Shown here: piece by piece, positions 28,065 to 35,844 of the stretch
Layout of the letters: the number at the start of each line of letters is the position of its first letter
How positions within the stretch are numbered: the stretch's first letter is position 1
Source: Lachnospiraceae bacterium
Lineage (GTDB): Bacteria; Bacillota; Clostridia; Lachnospirales; Lachnospiraceae
Direction of reading: 5' to 3'
Assembly: GCA_017476665.1 (NCBI GenBank)
Contig: JAFUZJ010000029.1
Coordinates: 19,331 to 83,330, forward strand
DNA: 64,000 nucleotides
Position numbers and translations under genes: made by a program
Notes under the pieces: model-generated
What the model was told of the DNA's origin: nothing
Databases searched by the model: none
The model's input: only the letters and a program-made list of their open reading frames with translations

Positions 28065-28793
28065 ATGTTGAGGATCGGAATCTGTGAGGATATAACGCAG
28101 GAATTGCAGCAATTAGAAAATATAGTTGCGGCTGTTCTGGCTGAATTGTCGCTCAATGCGGATGTGTGCTGCTTCAGAAGTGGGGAGGAGCTTTTGTATG
28201 AACTGGAGGAATCCGGCAGCATGGATATCCTCTTTTTGGATATTCAGATGAATGGATTGAACGGGGTAGAAACGGCGAGGGCGATCCGGCAGCGAGATAA
28301 CCGCGCAGTTATGATCTTTGTGTCCGCCTATGATCAGTATTGTAAGGAGCTGATCGAGGTGCAGCCCTTTGCGTTTATTGACAAGCCGGTTTCTGAGGAT
28401 CGGGTGAGGCAGGTGCTTGACCATGTAATGGCGGTTTGTTTTTCCATGAAGGAAGGATATCGGTTTTCCTACCGGAAGATGCAGTATAACATTCCCTTAT
28501 CCGAAATCCGCTTTTTTCAGAGTGATAAAAGGGTGGTGCGGATCAGCACATCGGGGAAAGGCGGAATAGAAGAGGAGTACGTTTTCTATGAAAAGCTGGA
28601 AAAGGTGGAGAAGGCCATTGCACAGTCAGGCATACGCTTTTTGCGGGTTCGGAAATCTTTTCTGGTGAATCCGCGCTATATTGTGACTTACGGCGCAAAC
28701 GGGATTGTGCTGGACAATGGGCTGAAAGTGGAGATCAGCCGGAATTATAAGGAATCTGTGAAACAATACTATCTTGCGTTACTTCGTGTGTAA
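28065..28793 (+). CDS. LytR/AlgR-family response regulator (REC + LytTR)
   Basis: The ATG at 28065 is preceded by AGGAGAG. The REC domain contains ILFLDIQMNGLNG. The LytTR domain contains IRFFQSDKRVVRI...FLRVRKSFLVNPRYI. The longer track ORF from 27930 lacks an RBS. Confidence 0.88.
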   Translation: MLRIGICEDITQELQQLENIVAAVLAELSLNADVCCFRSGEELLYELEESGSMDILFLDIQMNGLNGVETARAIRQRDNRAVMIFVSAYDQYCKELIEVQPFAFIDKPVSEDRVRQVLDHVMAVCFSMKEGYRFSYRKMQYNIPLSEIRFFQSDKRVVRISTSGKGGIEEEYVFYEKLEKVEKAIAQSGIRFLRVRKSFLVNPRYIVTYGANGIVLDNGLKVEISRNYKESVKQYYLALLRV

Positions 28794-28814
28794 GCGCAAA
28801 AAACAGGGGAAACT

Positions 28815-30209
28815 ATGGGCGGAATCGTATTTTTGGCCGTGGTGGAGATCTTTACCACCATTTTTGAGAGAAACTTTTGTGAAACGATATTGTGGAAAAA
28901 GAAAGTTCGTCCCATTACGGAATGGTGTTTGTGGGGCGGATATTTTGTCGTGTTCAATCTGGCGACCTATCTGGTGCAGGGACCGGTCTGGTACAATCTG
29001 CTTGTATTTGTGGTGACTTTTTTCCTCACAGTGCGGCTGCTTTATGCAAATTCCAACTGGACACTGATCGGAGTGACTGCATTTCTGTATTTGAGCGGAA
29101 TGTGCTCTGAGCTTATGGTGTATTTTGGGGTGCGGCTGCTTTCGGGGGAGTTGATAGGAAATAATATGGGAAGCGTCGCCGGAAACAGTGTGGGAAATGG
29201 TGTGAACCTTAGCGCAGGGAACGAACTTTTGCCGTCTGTTATGGCTCGGTTGATCTGGTTTTGTATTGCAGGGGTGGTGTCCCTGATGATCAGGCAGTAC
29301 AGGAAAGCAGAACTTGACCAGAATGATTGGCTTGCGGTATTTTTTGTTCCTATGGGGAGCGTTGTGATCCTGGCAGCACTTTACCACAGTACCGGAACGG
29401 AGGGAAACGGATTTCGTCTGGTGACAGTTGTGATATTGTTGTTTATCAATATTTTTGTGTATTATCTATATGAGAAAACAAAGGATGGTATGGAGCAGCG
29501 TCTGCGGGAGGAGTTGTTGAGCAGGCAATGCGCGTATTATCTTCGCCAGAATGAGGAGAACAGAAAGTGGTGGGAGACGTTGGCGGCGTTTCGGCACGAT
29601 ATGAAGCAACGGTATGTGGCGGAGAAGACTTATCTGGATGCGGGGGACTATGAGGCATTGGCGCGGTATGTGAACGAGAGCGTCGCGTTCTTGGAGCAGG
29701 GGCGCGGGGGTGCTGTCTCCCATACCGGAAATATCTATATTGACAGTCTGCTCAATTATAAGGCGGCGCTTGCGGCACAGGAGGGGATCCGGCTGGTTGC
29801 GGAACTACAGGTAGCTGCGGATGCGAAACCGAATGCGGAGGATCTGGATATCTGTCTGGGCAATCTGCTCGACAATGCTATAGAGGCGGTGGCAGAGTTG
29901 GGGGAGCAGGATAAAAGGGGAGAAGATGCGGCAGGGGGCGATGGGGAGCAAGAGGATCATAGAAGGATTTACGTGCGGATCAAGGCGGATGGCAGAAACT
30001 TATTTTTCTCTGTCCGCAACCCATTTGACCGCCCCGGAAAACAGGAGAACGGAAAATATCTGACAGGTAAAACGGTTGACGGGGAGGTACATGGATTAGG
30101 GCTTGCAATGGTGCAGCGGATCGTGGACAAGTATGAAGGGCAGATGGAGATCCATGAGGATGGACAGATGTTTGAGGTTTCAGCAGTTTTGTATGAGTTT
30201 TTTGCGTGA
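28815..30209 (+). CDS. AgrC/ComD-like (HPK10) GHKL sensor histidine kinase
   Basis: It has about 6 N-terminal TM helices, the H-box AAFRHDMKQRYVAEK, the N-box GNLLDNAIEAV and the G-box HGLGLAMVQRIVDKYEG. It starts 21 nt after the response regulator gene. Confidence 0.85.
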   Translation: MGGIVFLAVVEIFTTIFERNFCETILWKKKVRPITEWCLWGGYFVVFNLATYLVQGPVWYNLLVFVVTFFLTVRLLYANSNWTLIGVTAFLYLSGMCSELMVYFGVRLLSGELIGNNMGSVAGNSVGNGVNLSAGNELLPSVMARLIWFCIAGVVSLMIRQYRKAELDQNDWLAVFFVPMGSVVILAALYHSTGTEGNGFRLVTVVILLFINIFVYYLYEKTKDGMEQRLREELLSRQCAYYLRQNEENRKWWETLAAFRHDMKQRYVAEKTYLDAGDYEALARYVNESVAFLEQGRGGAVSHTGNIYIDSLLNYKAALAAQEGIRLVAELQVAADAKPNAEDLDICLGNLLDNAIEAVAELGEQDKRGEDAAGGDGEQEDHRRIYVRIKADGRNLFFSVRNPFDRPGKQENGKYLTGKTVDGEVHGLGLAMVQRIVDKYEGQMEIHEDGQMFEVSAVLYEFFA

Positions 30210-30248
30210 ATTTACAGAGTGAATAAAAACGCAAAATGTTAAAAATGA

Positions 30249-30297
30249 CGGATAACCTGTGTATTTATTACATGCGCGGTTATCCGCCTTTTTTTGT
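30249..30297 (+). terminator. Intrinsic terminator after the kinase gene
   Basis: CGGATAACC ... GGTTATCCG followed by CCTTTTTTT. Confidence 0.75.
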
Positions 30298-30364
30298 GAT
30301 AAAATAAATCCGGAAAAGTTCAGGCTGGAAAGCGGGTTACAGGACGGAGGGAGAAAACATCGTT

Positions 30365-31450
30365 ATGAAGCTGAATGACATGAAAAAGGTCGCGCAAAAT
30401 CTGGGACTCACCTATGACGGAGAACTGCAATATATGCCGTTGGCGTATGGTATGACGGAAGGCTATACGGCGGTTCTGTTTTTGGATATGTTCTCGGCGC
30501 GTTCGCGGGGAGACGTAGGACGCAGAGGGGGACTGGGGCAAATGGGCAGGTTTCGGACGGGGGGTGTGTCGGGGCAGAGACAAACGGCAGGAACACAGGG
30601 GAGAGCGGTGGCAGAGACCTTGTCATACAAATTTTCAGTAGCGGTAAAGTCGGGGGATAAGATACCTGAGTATGCGGATTTCCAGGAGATCTGTAAAGGG
30701 GCACCCTGGCCGGTGAAGGTGTCTGTGAAGGATTACAGGCTTACGTTTGACCTCGGTGGCACTGCCAGGGATTGGCAAAAGCGGGTGGAGCAGAACGTGA
30801 GATATCTGGTAAATACGCTCAAGGCAAACGGATATGTGAATTGTGATGAGCAAACGGGGACTCCGGGGGAGACAAGGGTTTGCTTTATCGGAGGCGGGTG
30901 GCCGAGGCTGCTGGATAGAGAGAACTTAGAGAGCATACAGAAAAGCCAAAAACCAAGTCAGGCATGTGAGCCAAGTCTTGCCCGCGAGGTTTTAGGAAGC
31001 GTTTTTTGTACAGCTTTATTTGCGGTGTTTCTTCTTGCTTTTGGACGGATCTTCGGATTGTTCTTCTGGATCATTGTGGCAGGGGTGCTCAATTTGCTGG
31101 TAGAACTGTTTTGCCGTATCTGCGGAACAAAAAAAGAAACTGCGGAGAATCCCAGAGGTTTTCGGATCCTGGAGATTCTGACGACAGTCACAGTGCTTTG
31201 GGCAGAACGCATGAGCGTTGTGCTGCCAGGGTATCTGGCATTTCATGAGGAGAATGGTGTGTCCTTGTTTTATGCATTTCTGCACACCGAAGAAATGCTG
31301 GTCAGGCAGGGGGTGATCCTGCTGTGGGTAATGACGAGTGTGAATCTGCTGTTGGTGGTTCTGGTCATGGGCGTGCAGTATCGACTGGCGAAGTTTCGGA
31401 AGCTGCACAATCAGACGCGGATATTGGGGGAAGATGGTGCGGCGCAGTAA
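30365..31450 (+). CDS. Hypothetical protein: soluble N-domain with a Gly/Arg-rich insert plus about 4 C-terminal TM helices
   Basis: RBS GGAGGGAG. The insert reads ARSRGDVGRRGGLGQMGRFRTGGVSGQRQTAGTQGRA. The TM region starts at VLGSVFCTALFAVFLLAFGRIFGLFFWIIVAGVLNLLVELF. I recognise no family. Confidence 0.55.
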   Translation: MKLNDMKKVAQNLGLTYDGELQYMPLAYGMTEGYTAVLFLDMFSARSRGDVGRRGGLGQMGRFRTGGVSGQRQTAGTQGRAVAETLSYKFSVAVKSGDKIPEYADFQEICKGAPWPVKVSVKDYRLTFDLGGTARDWQKRVEQNVRYLVNTLKANGYVNCDEQTGTPGETRVCFIGGGWPRLLDRENLESIQKSQKPSQACEPSLAREVLGSVFCTALFAVFLLAFGRIFGLFFWIIVAGVLNLLVELFCRICGTKKETAENPRGFRILEILTTVTVLWAERMSVVLPGYLAFHEENGVSLFYAFLHTEEMLVRQGVILLWVMTSVNLLLVVLVMGVQYRLAKFRKLHNQTRILGEDGAAQ

Positions 31451-31489
31451 TAGTAATGGGTGAAGTTTGTGGGATGAGGGAAGCAGGAC

Positions 31490-33358
31490 GTGAAGGAAGA
31501 AAATACAGCTGGGAAAGTACTTATTTACCTGTTGGCAGGGATTGGTGTTGTGGCGGCGGGTGTGATGTTGCTGTGGCTGGAAACGGACATGATCAAAAAG
31601 AATACCAGGACGGACAGTAACGCGGATGTGATGCAGAAGTCGCAGGAGGGAATGCCTGGTTATGAGGCAGATGCCGGAGAATTGGAGGAGTTTGCCCCTT
31701 TATCAGAATCGGAAGGTGAGTGGGAAACTGACGCAATAGATAGAGAGGGCACGGCAGAGTCAGAAGGCGGAAATAGGGCAGCTATCCCGAAACACCTATC
31801 CCGTTTTCAAGTGACGCTTTCGGAATATGAGAATCCTGTGGAGGTTCAGATAGTCCCCGGAGAAAACAGGTCTTTTCCCGAGATTCATATTAGGGAAAGG
31901 GGAGAACTGGCAGAAACGCTTGGTATAGGGGATTTAGAGGAACACAAAGACAGCACATTTGAGAGTCTGCAGCAAGTGCTCTTTGTGGACTATGACATGG
32001 ATCAGGATACAGATATTATTGTGTTCTATATGACGGACGCGGGAAGGCAGATTCAGATATTTGAGGGATTTGAGGCGGAGGCCAATCTGCTGCGCCCCGG
32101 ATTTGAGAATATGGGGTTTGGATCAAGGATTGCGGATCGGATCAGAGAAAGCGGCATGGAGATTGGCGAGAGGACGTTTCAAGAGGTTGTGGGATATCGG
32201 TATGGAGAGGATTATCGCTTTTTCTCCTGGCAGGATGCTTACCGCTTTGTGGCAGGACTTGAGGATATCCTGTATGGAGAAATGGTCTGCTATGACCTGA
32301 TCTATGTGGATGAGGATGATGTGCCGGAGCTTGTAGTAGGGAATCAAACGAATCCTGTGGTGGATCTGTATACATATGAAGACGGGAAAGTGTATCGTAT
32401 CATAGAAGATTGGAGGTATAGAGGATATGGCGCAGGCAGGGAGCTGATGCGCGATTATCTCCCCAGAGGCAACAGGATTTATTCTTTGGATTTATATGGC
32501 GGGAGTATGGTTTATGACGAATACATTGATTCCTTGGACGAGACACATCATCTGAAAACAGAGGCAGATACGTCTACTGTTTTCTCCGATGGAGAGAAAC
32601 CAGGGGAGAGTAAGCAGGAGCATTTTATCGGGGACAGGCAGATTACCGAGGCGGAAAATCGGGAGTATTTGCGGGATTATTATGAGAACAAGGAGCAGTA
32701 TAAGCCCATAGAGGGAAAGTATGGGTATGAGGAGTTTGCGGAGGTTTTAGCGGAGTGCGAGAGGGCTGTGGAAGACAAGGAGGTCTATGAGGCGTTTCTG
32801 CGAGGGGAGATCACCGGAATAGTAAATACAGGTAGTACATGGAAAGTATATGGGAAAGCATATGACGGGACTTCTTTAACGGGGACGGGAAAAAACAGGG
32901 AATACTTCTATTTTGATCTGGACGAGGATGGGAAAAACGAACTGATCGTGCGGACAGATGATGTGAGGTTTGCTGTGCTTAAGCGCATTAAAAATGAGCT
33001 GCTTGTGGTGTTTAGTAGCTGCGAATTAGATTATCATGTGGTAAAGATTGGAGAGATGATCGGAATTCTCAATTATTTCTTTTACGAAGGAACATCATGG
33101 ACATGGGAAAGTTATTCCTTTAGGCAGATTAATACAGATGGGAGTTGGAGAAATTCCGTTTATTATGAACGGGCTGATAAGAATGGTGATGGGGAATGGG
33201 ATGAGAAGGATATGTATCTGAAAGGGGGATTCGACTTGCGTCCTGAAATAATAGATATGGCAACATGGGAACAGGAAACAGCGGCGTATCGGGATGCGAA
33301 GTGGATGGAGGAATGGCAGATGTGGGAGGCGAAGGATCACTTCGCCCCCATTTTCTGA
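31490..33358 (+). CDS. TM-anchored 622-aa protein with repeated DxDxDG / EF-hand-like loops
   Basis: It has a GTG start. The TM segment is VLIYLLAGIGVVAAGVMLLWL. The loops are VDYDMDQDTDIIVFY, LIYVDEDDVPELVVG, FYFDLDEDGKNELIV and DKNGDGEWDEKD. The blocks are shared with the 40033 and 41675 proteins. Confidence 0.6.
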   Translation: MKEENTAGKVLIYLLAGIGVVAAGVMLLWLETDMIKKNTRTDSNADVMQKSQEGMPGYEADAGELEEFAPLSESEGEWETDAIDREGTAESEGGNRAAIPKHLSRFQVTLSEYENPVEVQIVPGENRSFPEIHIRERGELAETLGIGDLEEHKDSTFESLQQVLFVDYDMDQDTDIIVFYMTDAGRQIQIFEGFEAEANLLRPGFENMGFGSRIADRIRESGMEIGERTFQEVVGYRYGEDYRFFSWQDAYRFVAGLEDILYGEMVCYDLIYVDEDDVPELVVGNQTNPVVDLYTYEDGKVYRIIEDWRYRGYGAGRELMRDYLPRGNRIYSLDLYGGSMVYDEYIDSLDETHHLKTEADTSTVFSDGEKPGESKQEHFIGDRQITEAENREYLRDYYENKEQYKPIEGKYGYEEFAEVLAECERAVEDKEVYEAFLRGEITGIVNTGSTWKVYGKAYDGTSLTGTGKNREYFYFDLDEDGKNELIVRTDDVRFAVLKRIKNELLVVFSSCELDYHVVKIGEMIGILNYFFYEGTSWTWESYSFRQINTDGSWRNSVYYERADKNGDGEWDEKDMYLKGGFDLRPEIIDMATWEQETAAYRDAKWMEEWQMWEAKDHFAPIF

Positions 33359-33614
33359 ATCTCCGGAAAGGTGATCCAAAATTCACCTTCTTCCGCTTTA
33401 TGGAAGATTGCGGGATAGAATAGTTTGAATAGTTTGTTCATGACAAATTGTTATGGCAAAAGAGCAGCCGTTGTGATACAATCCAAATGAAAAACTATCA
33501 GCGAATATTACATACCAGAGCACGGATGTAAGCATTCAGAGCGGAAATGTAAAGCGGCGTTGCTTTACATTTTTTACGGTAGCGGGATAAAATGAGAGTA
33601 CGGAGGGAGACAAT

Positions 33615-34739
33615 ATGGAATTAAATAAAAAGATTTATCAGTTAAGAAAACTGGCCGGTATGACACAGGAACAGTTGGCAGAGAAGTTGAATGTTTCAAG
33701 ACAGACTCTGTCAAAATGGGAAAATGGATCAAGCGTACCGGATGTGGAAAGTGTAGTCAGGCTTTCGGCTCTGTTCCATACTTCTCTTGAAGAATTATTA
33801 TTGGAGGAGGCAAAACATGTGGAAGAAGAAAAAACACAAATTACATTGGAAGACCTAATGCGGATCAATGCCCATAACAGGAGAATGAACATGCTGCTTT
33901 GCAGCGGATTATTGTTTCTGGCAATCGGTATTATCATAGCTGCATTTGAAAGGATGTTGGAGACGACTACGGTGAGTCTGACTTATATTTTGTACAGGTA
34001 TATAGCGGTAGGGCGTTATGACCCGGCGCCGGTGAATTATACCCGCCTTATGTTTCCTGCAATTTTAGCAGGAATAGTGGGGGTAGTCTTATGTATGTGC
34101 TATTTTTGGGGGAACAGAAAAGAAGAAATTGGACGAAGGGAGAAAAAAGAGATGAAAAAAAAATATTTAGTTGGAGTTGTGGCATTGACGCTGGTACTGG
34201 TATTAACAGTATGTACTGTTGTATTTGCGAAAGCCGGGAAAAATGAAGAAGATAATGATCCAGATAATGATTTATATGGACAAATCATTGCGGGATTGGG
34301 CGATGATGAACAGTTCTCTCTGAGGAATATTGGGGAAAAGAATAATGTTCTATTTACAACAGATATGACTTATGATGACGGGAACGGACATAATGCAGCA
34401 GTTTACTGTGATGTGTATTATGCGCTGGAAGGGGAAGTGTATCCGCTTGGAAGTATAGAGAGCATGGGTACGGCTTTTCCGGTCAGCTTTGGAGAAAAGT
34501 GTATCTATACAGCATCAGAACATAGTCTTGAGGTTTACAGATTTGATACAGAAAAGAAGCAGTGGACGATCCGGCAATATGAAGAAAGGTTTGATGAGAA
34601 TGGAGATGCTGCTTATCAGTGTATAGAAGATGGTGAGGCAAAGACCATTTCGGAAAAAGAATATTTAGATGCAATGGAAGAGTATGGAAAAGGAACCGTA
34701 ATCAATTTCGGATATGGAGCAAGTGATAATCCGTACTAA
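33615..34739 (+). CDS. Membrane-tethered XRE-family HTH protein with an extracytoplasmic C-terminal domain
   Basis: RBS GGAGGGAG. The N-terminal HTH_3 reads IYQLRKLAGMTQEQLAEKLNVSRQTLSKWENGSSVPDVESVVRLSALFHTSLEELL. Three predicted TM segments and a roughly 170-aa C-terminal domain follow. Confidence 0.75.
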   Translation: MELNKKIYQLRKLAGMTQEQLAEKLNVSRQTLSKWENGSSVPDVESVVRLSALFHTSLEELLLEEAKHVEEEKTQITLEDLMRINAHNRRMNMLLCSGLLFLAIGIIIAAFERMLETTTVSLTYILYRYIAVGRYDPAPVNYTRLMFPAILAGIVGVVLCMCYFWGNRKEEIGRREKKEMKKKYLVGVVALTLVLVLTVCTVVFAKAGKNEEDNDPDNDLYGQIIAGLGDDEQFSLRNIGEKNNVLFTTDMTYDDGNGHNAAVYCDVYYALEGEVYPLGSIESMGTAFPVSFGEKCIYTASEHSLEVYRFDTEKKQWTIRQYEERFDENGDAAYQCIEDGEAKTISEKEYLDAMEEYGKGTVINFGYGASDNPY

Positions 34740-35163
34740 AAGAAGTGTGGCAGTCACACGAAGATAATCAATAATTCATAAACAGTAAAAGGGAACCAAA
34801 CAGGAACACGTTATGTTCTATCTGGCTCCCTTGCTGTATATATAACATGGTTTTGTCACCCAAAGCAGCAAGTTAGATTTTAATACAGATATTTCAAACT
34901 TAAGGTTGAATTTACAAACTTTTAAAGCTATAGTTTGTTGTGCGTTGATTATGGACTTCACCAGGTAAAATGGGAGAGAAAACAAAAGATTGGCAAAATG
35001 AATGGGAAAGTTGAGCTGTTATTTTTTTGTCAATGCAGAACGGGAGTGCGGAATGAGAGAGGGAAATTATGCAAAAATATGCGTATTTGATGCGGAAGTG
35101 GTGCGGAAGCGCCGTAAAATGTGAAATGGAAACCAGAAAAAACGCGAGGGAAATCGGTTAAAG

Positions 35164-35679
35164 GTGTATGAGTGGAGAAGTCGGACTGATGCGGGAGATG
35201 GATTTGCGGAAGAACTGGGAATATCGGATCAGGCTGGATTTATGCCGGAGGTTTGGACAAACAAAGTGGCGATAGAGGATGCGGATGAGTTTGGAAGAAA
35301 GGTCGAGGAGTATCCGGCTCTCGCCAAACACATGGGTGTTGCCGGGGCATATTGCACTGGCTATGATGTCTCGGATGTACGGGGACTTCCCTATGCGGAT
35401 GAGGAAACGGTAGAGAGGCTTTTGGAAATTTATCAGAATGTTCCGTTTTACGGGGGAGACTTCACGAAAGGAAATGAGGAGCTGTATGAGGAGTATCTTG
35501 CTGTATTTATGGATTTGAAGGAGGGAAAGCGGACCTTTTTTGACATGGACAGAAGATGGGATATTACTTTTGAGGACTACGAGGATTTCTATGGGAGGAA
35601 GCTGTCCTCAGAGACCGACGAGAAAACCGGAGGTGTGTGGGGCTATGAGCTTGCTGATGGGGGAGGGGACATTTTTTGA
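35164..35679 (+). CDS. Hypothetical acidic protein (start uncertain, GTG in track)
   Basis: This is an open frame only, with no convincing RBS. Its 3' end runs into the paralog fragment described below, so it may itself be a remnant. Confidence 0.3.
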   Translation: MYEWRSRTDAGDGFAEELGISDQAGFMPEVWTNKVAIEDADEFGRKVEEYPALAKHMGVAGAYCTGYDVSDVRGLPYADEETVERLLEIYQNVPFYGGDFTKGNEELYEEYLAVFMDLKEGKRTFFDMDRRWDITFEDYEDFYGRKLSSETDEKTGGVWGYELADGGGDIF

Positions 35680-35813
35680 TGTGGAAATCCATTATCCTCA
35701 ATTGGCAGATGGAACAGAAGAGAAAAAGGCGGTGTACCGTACAAAGATAGGATAGATCAATTTCTTGGTGAATTGGGGTATGATGATGGGAGTATTGTTA
35801 AGCCATTACAGTA
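35663..35813 (+). pseudogene. Frameshifted remnant of a paralog of the 41675 lipoprotein gene
   Basis: 35663..35736 aligns with 41831..41905 with 7 mismatches and a 1-nt indel (my own hand alignment). It encodes GEGTFFDVEIHYPQLADGTEEKKA against GEGRFFDVEIHYPQLADGTEEKKA. After the indel the frame breaks and similarity decays. Confidence 0.7.
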
Positions 35814-35844
35814 GTATGGTGAAGGGTATGATAGGATTAAGGAA

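Noticed and set aside
30318-30343. GTTCAGG ... GTTACAGG direct half-sites upstream of the first island gene, read as a LytTR-regulator box.
   Set aside because: The period is about 18 bp rather than the 21-22 bp (9-bp boxes plus 12-13 bp spacer) of characterised LytTR sites. The repeats are short and imperfect. They lie between the terminator and the RBS, where no promoter is evident.
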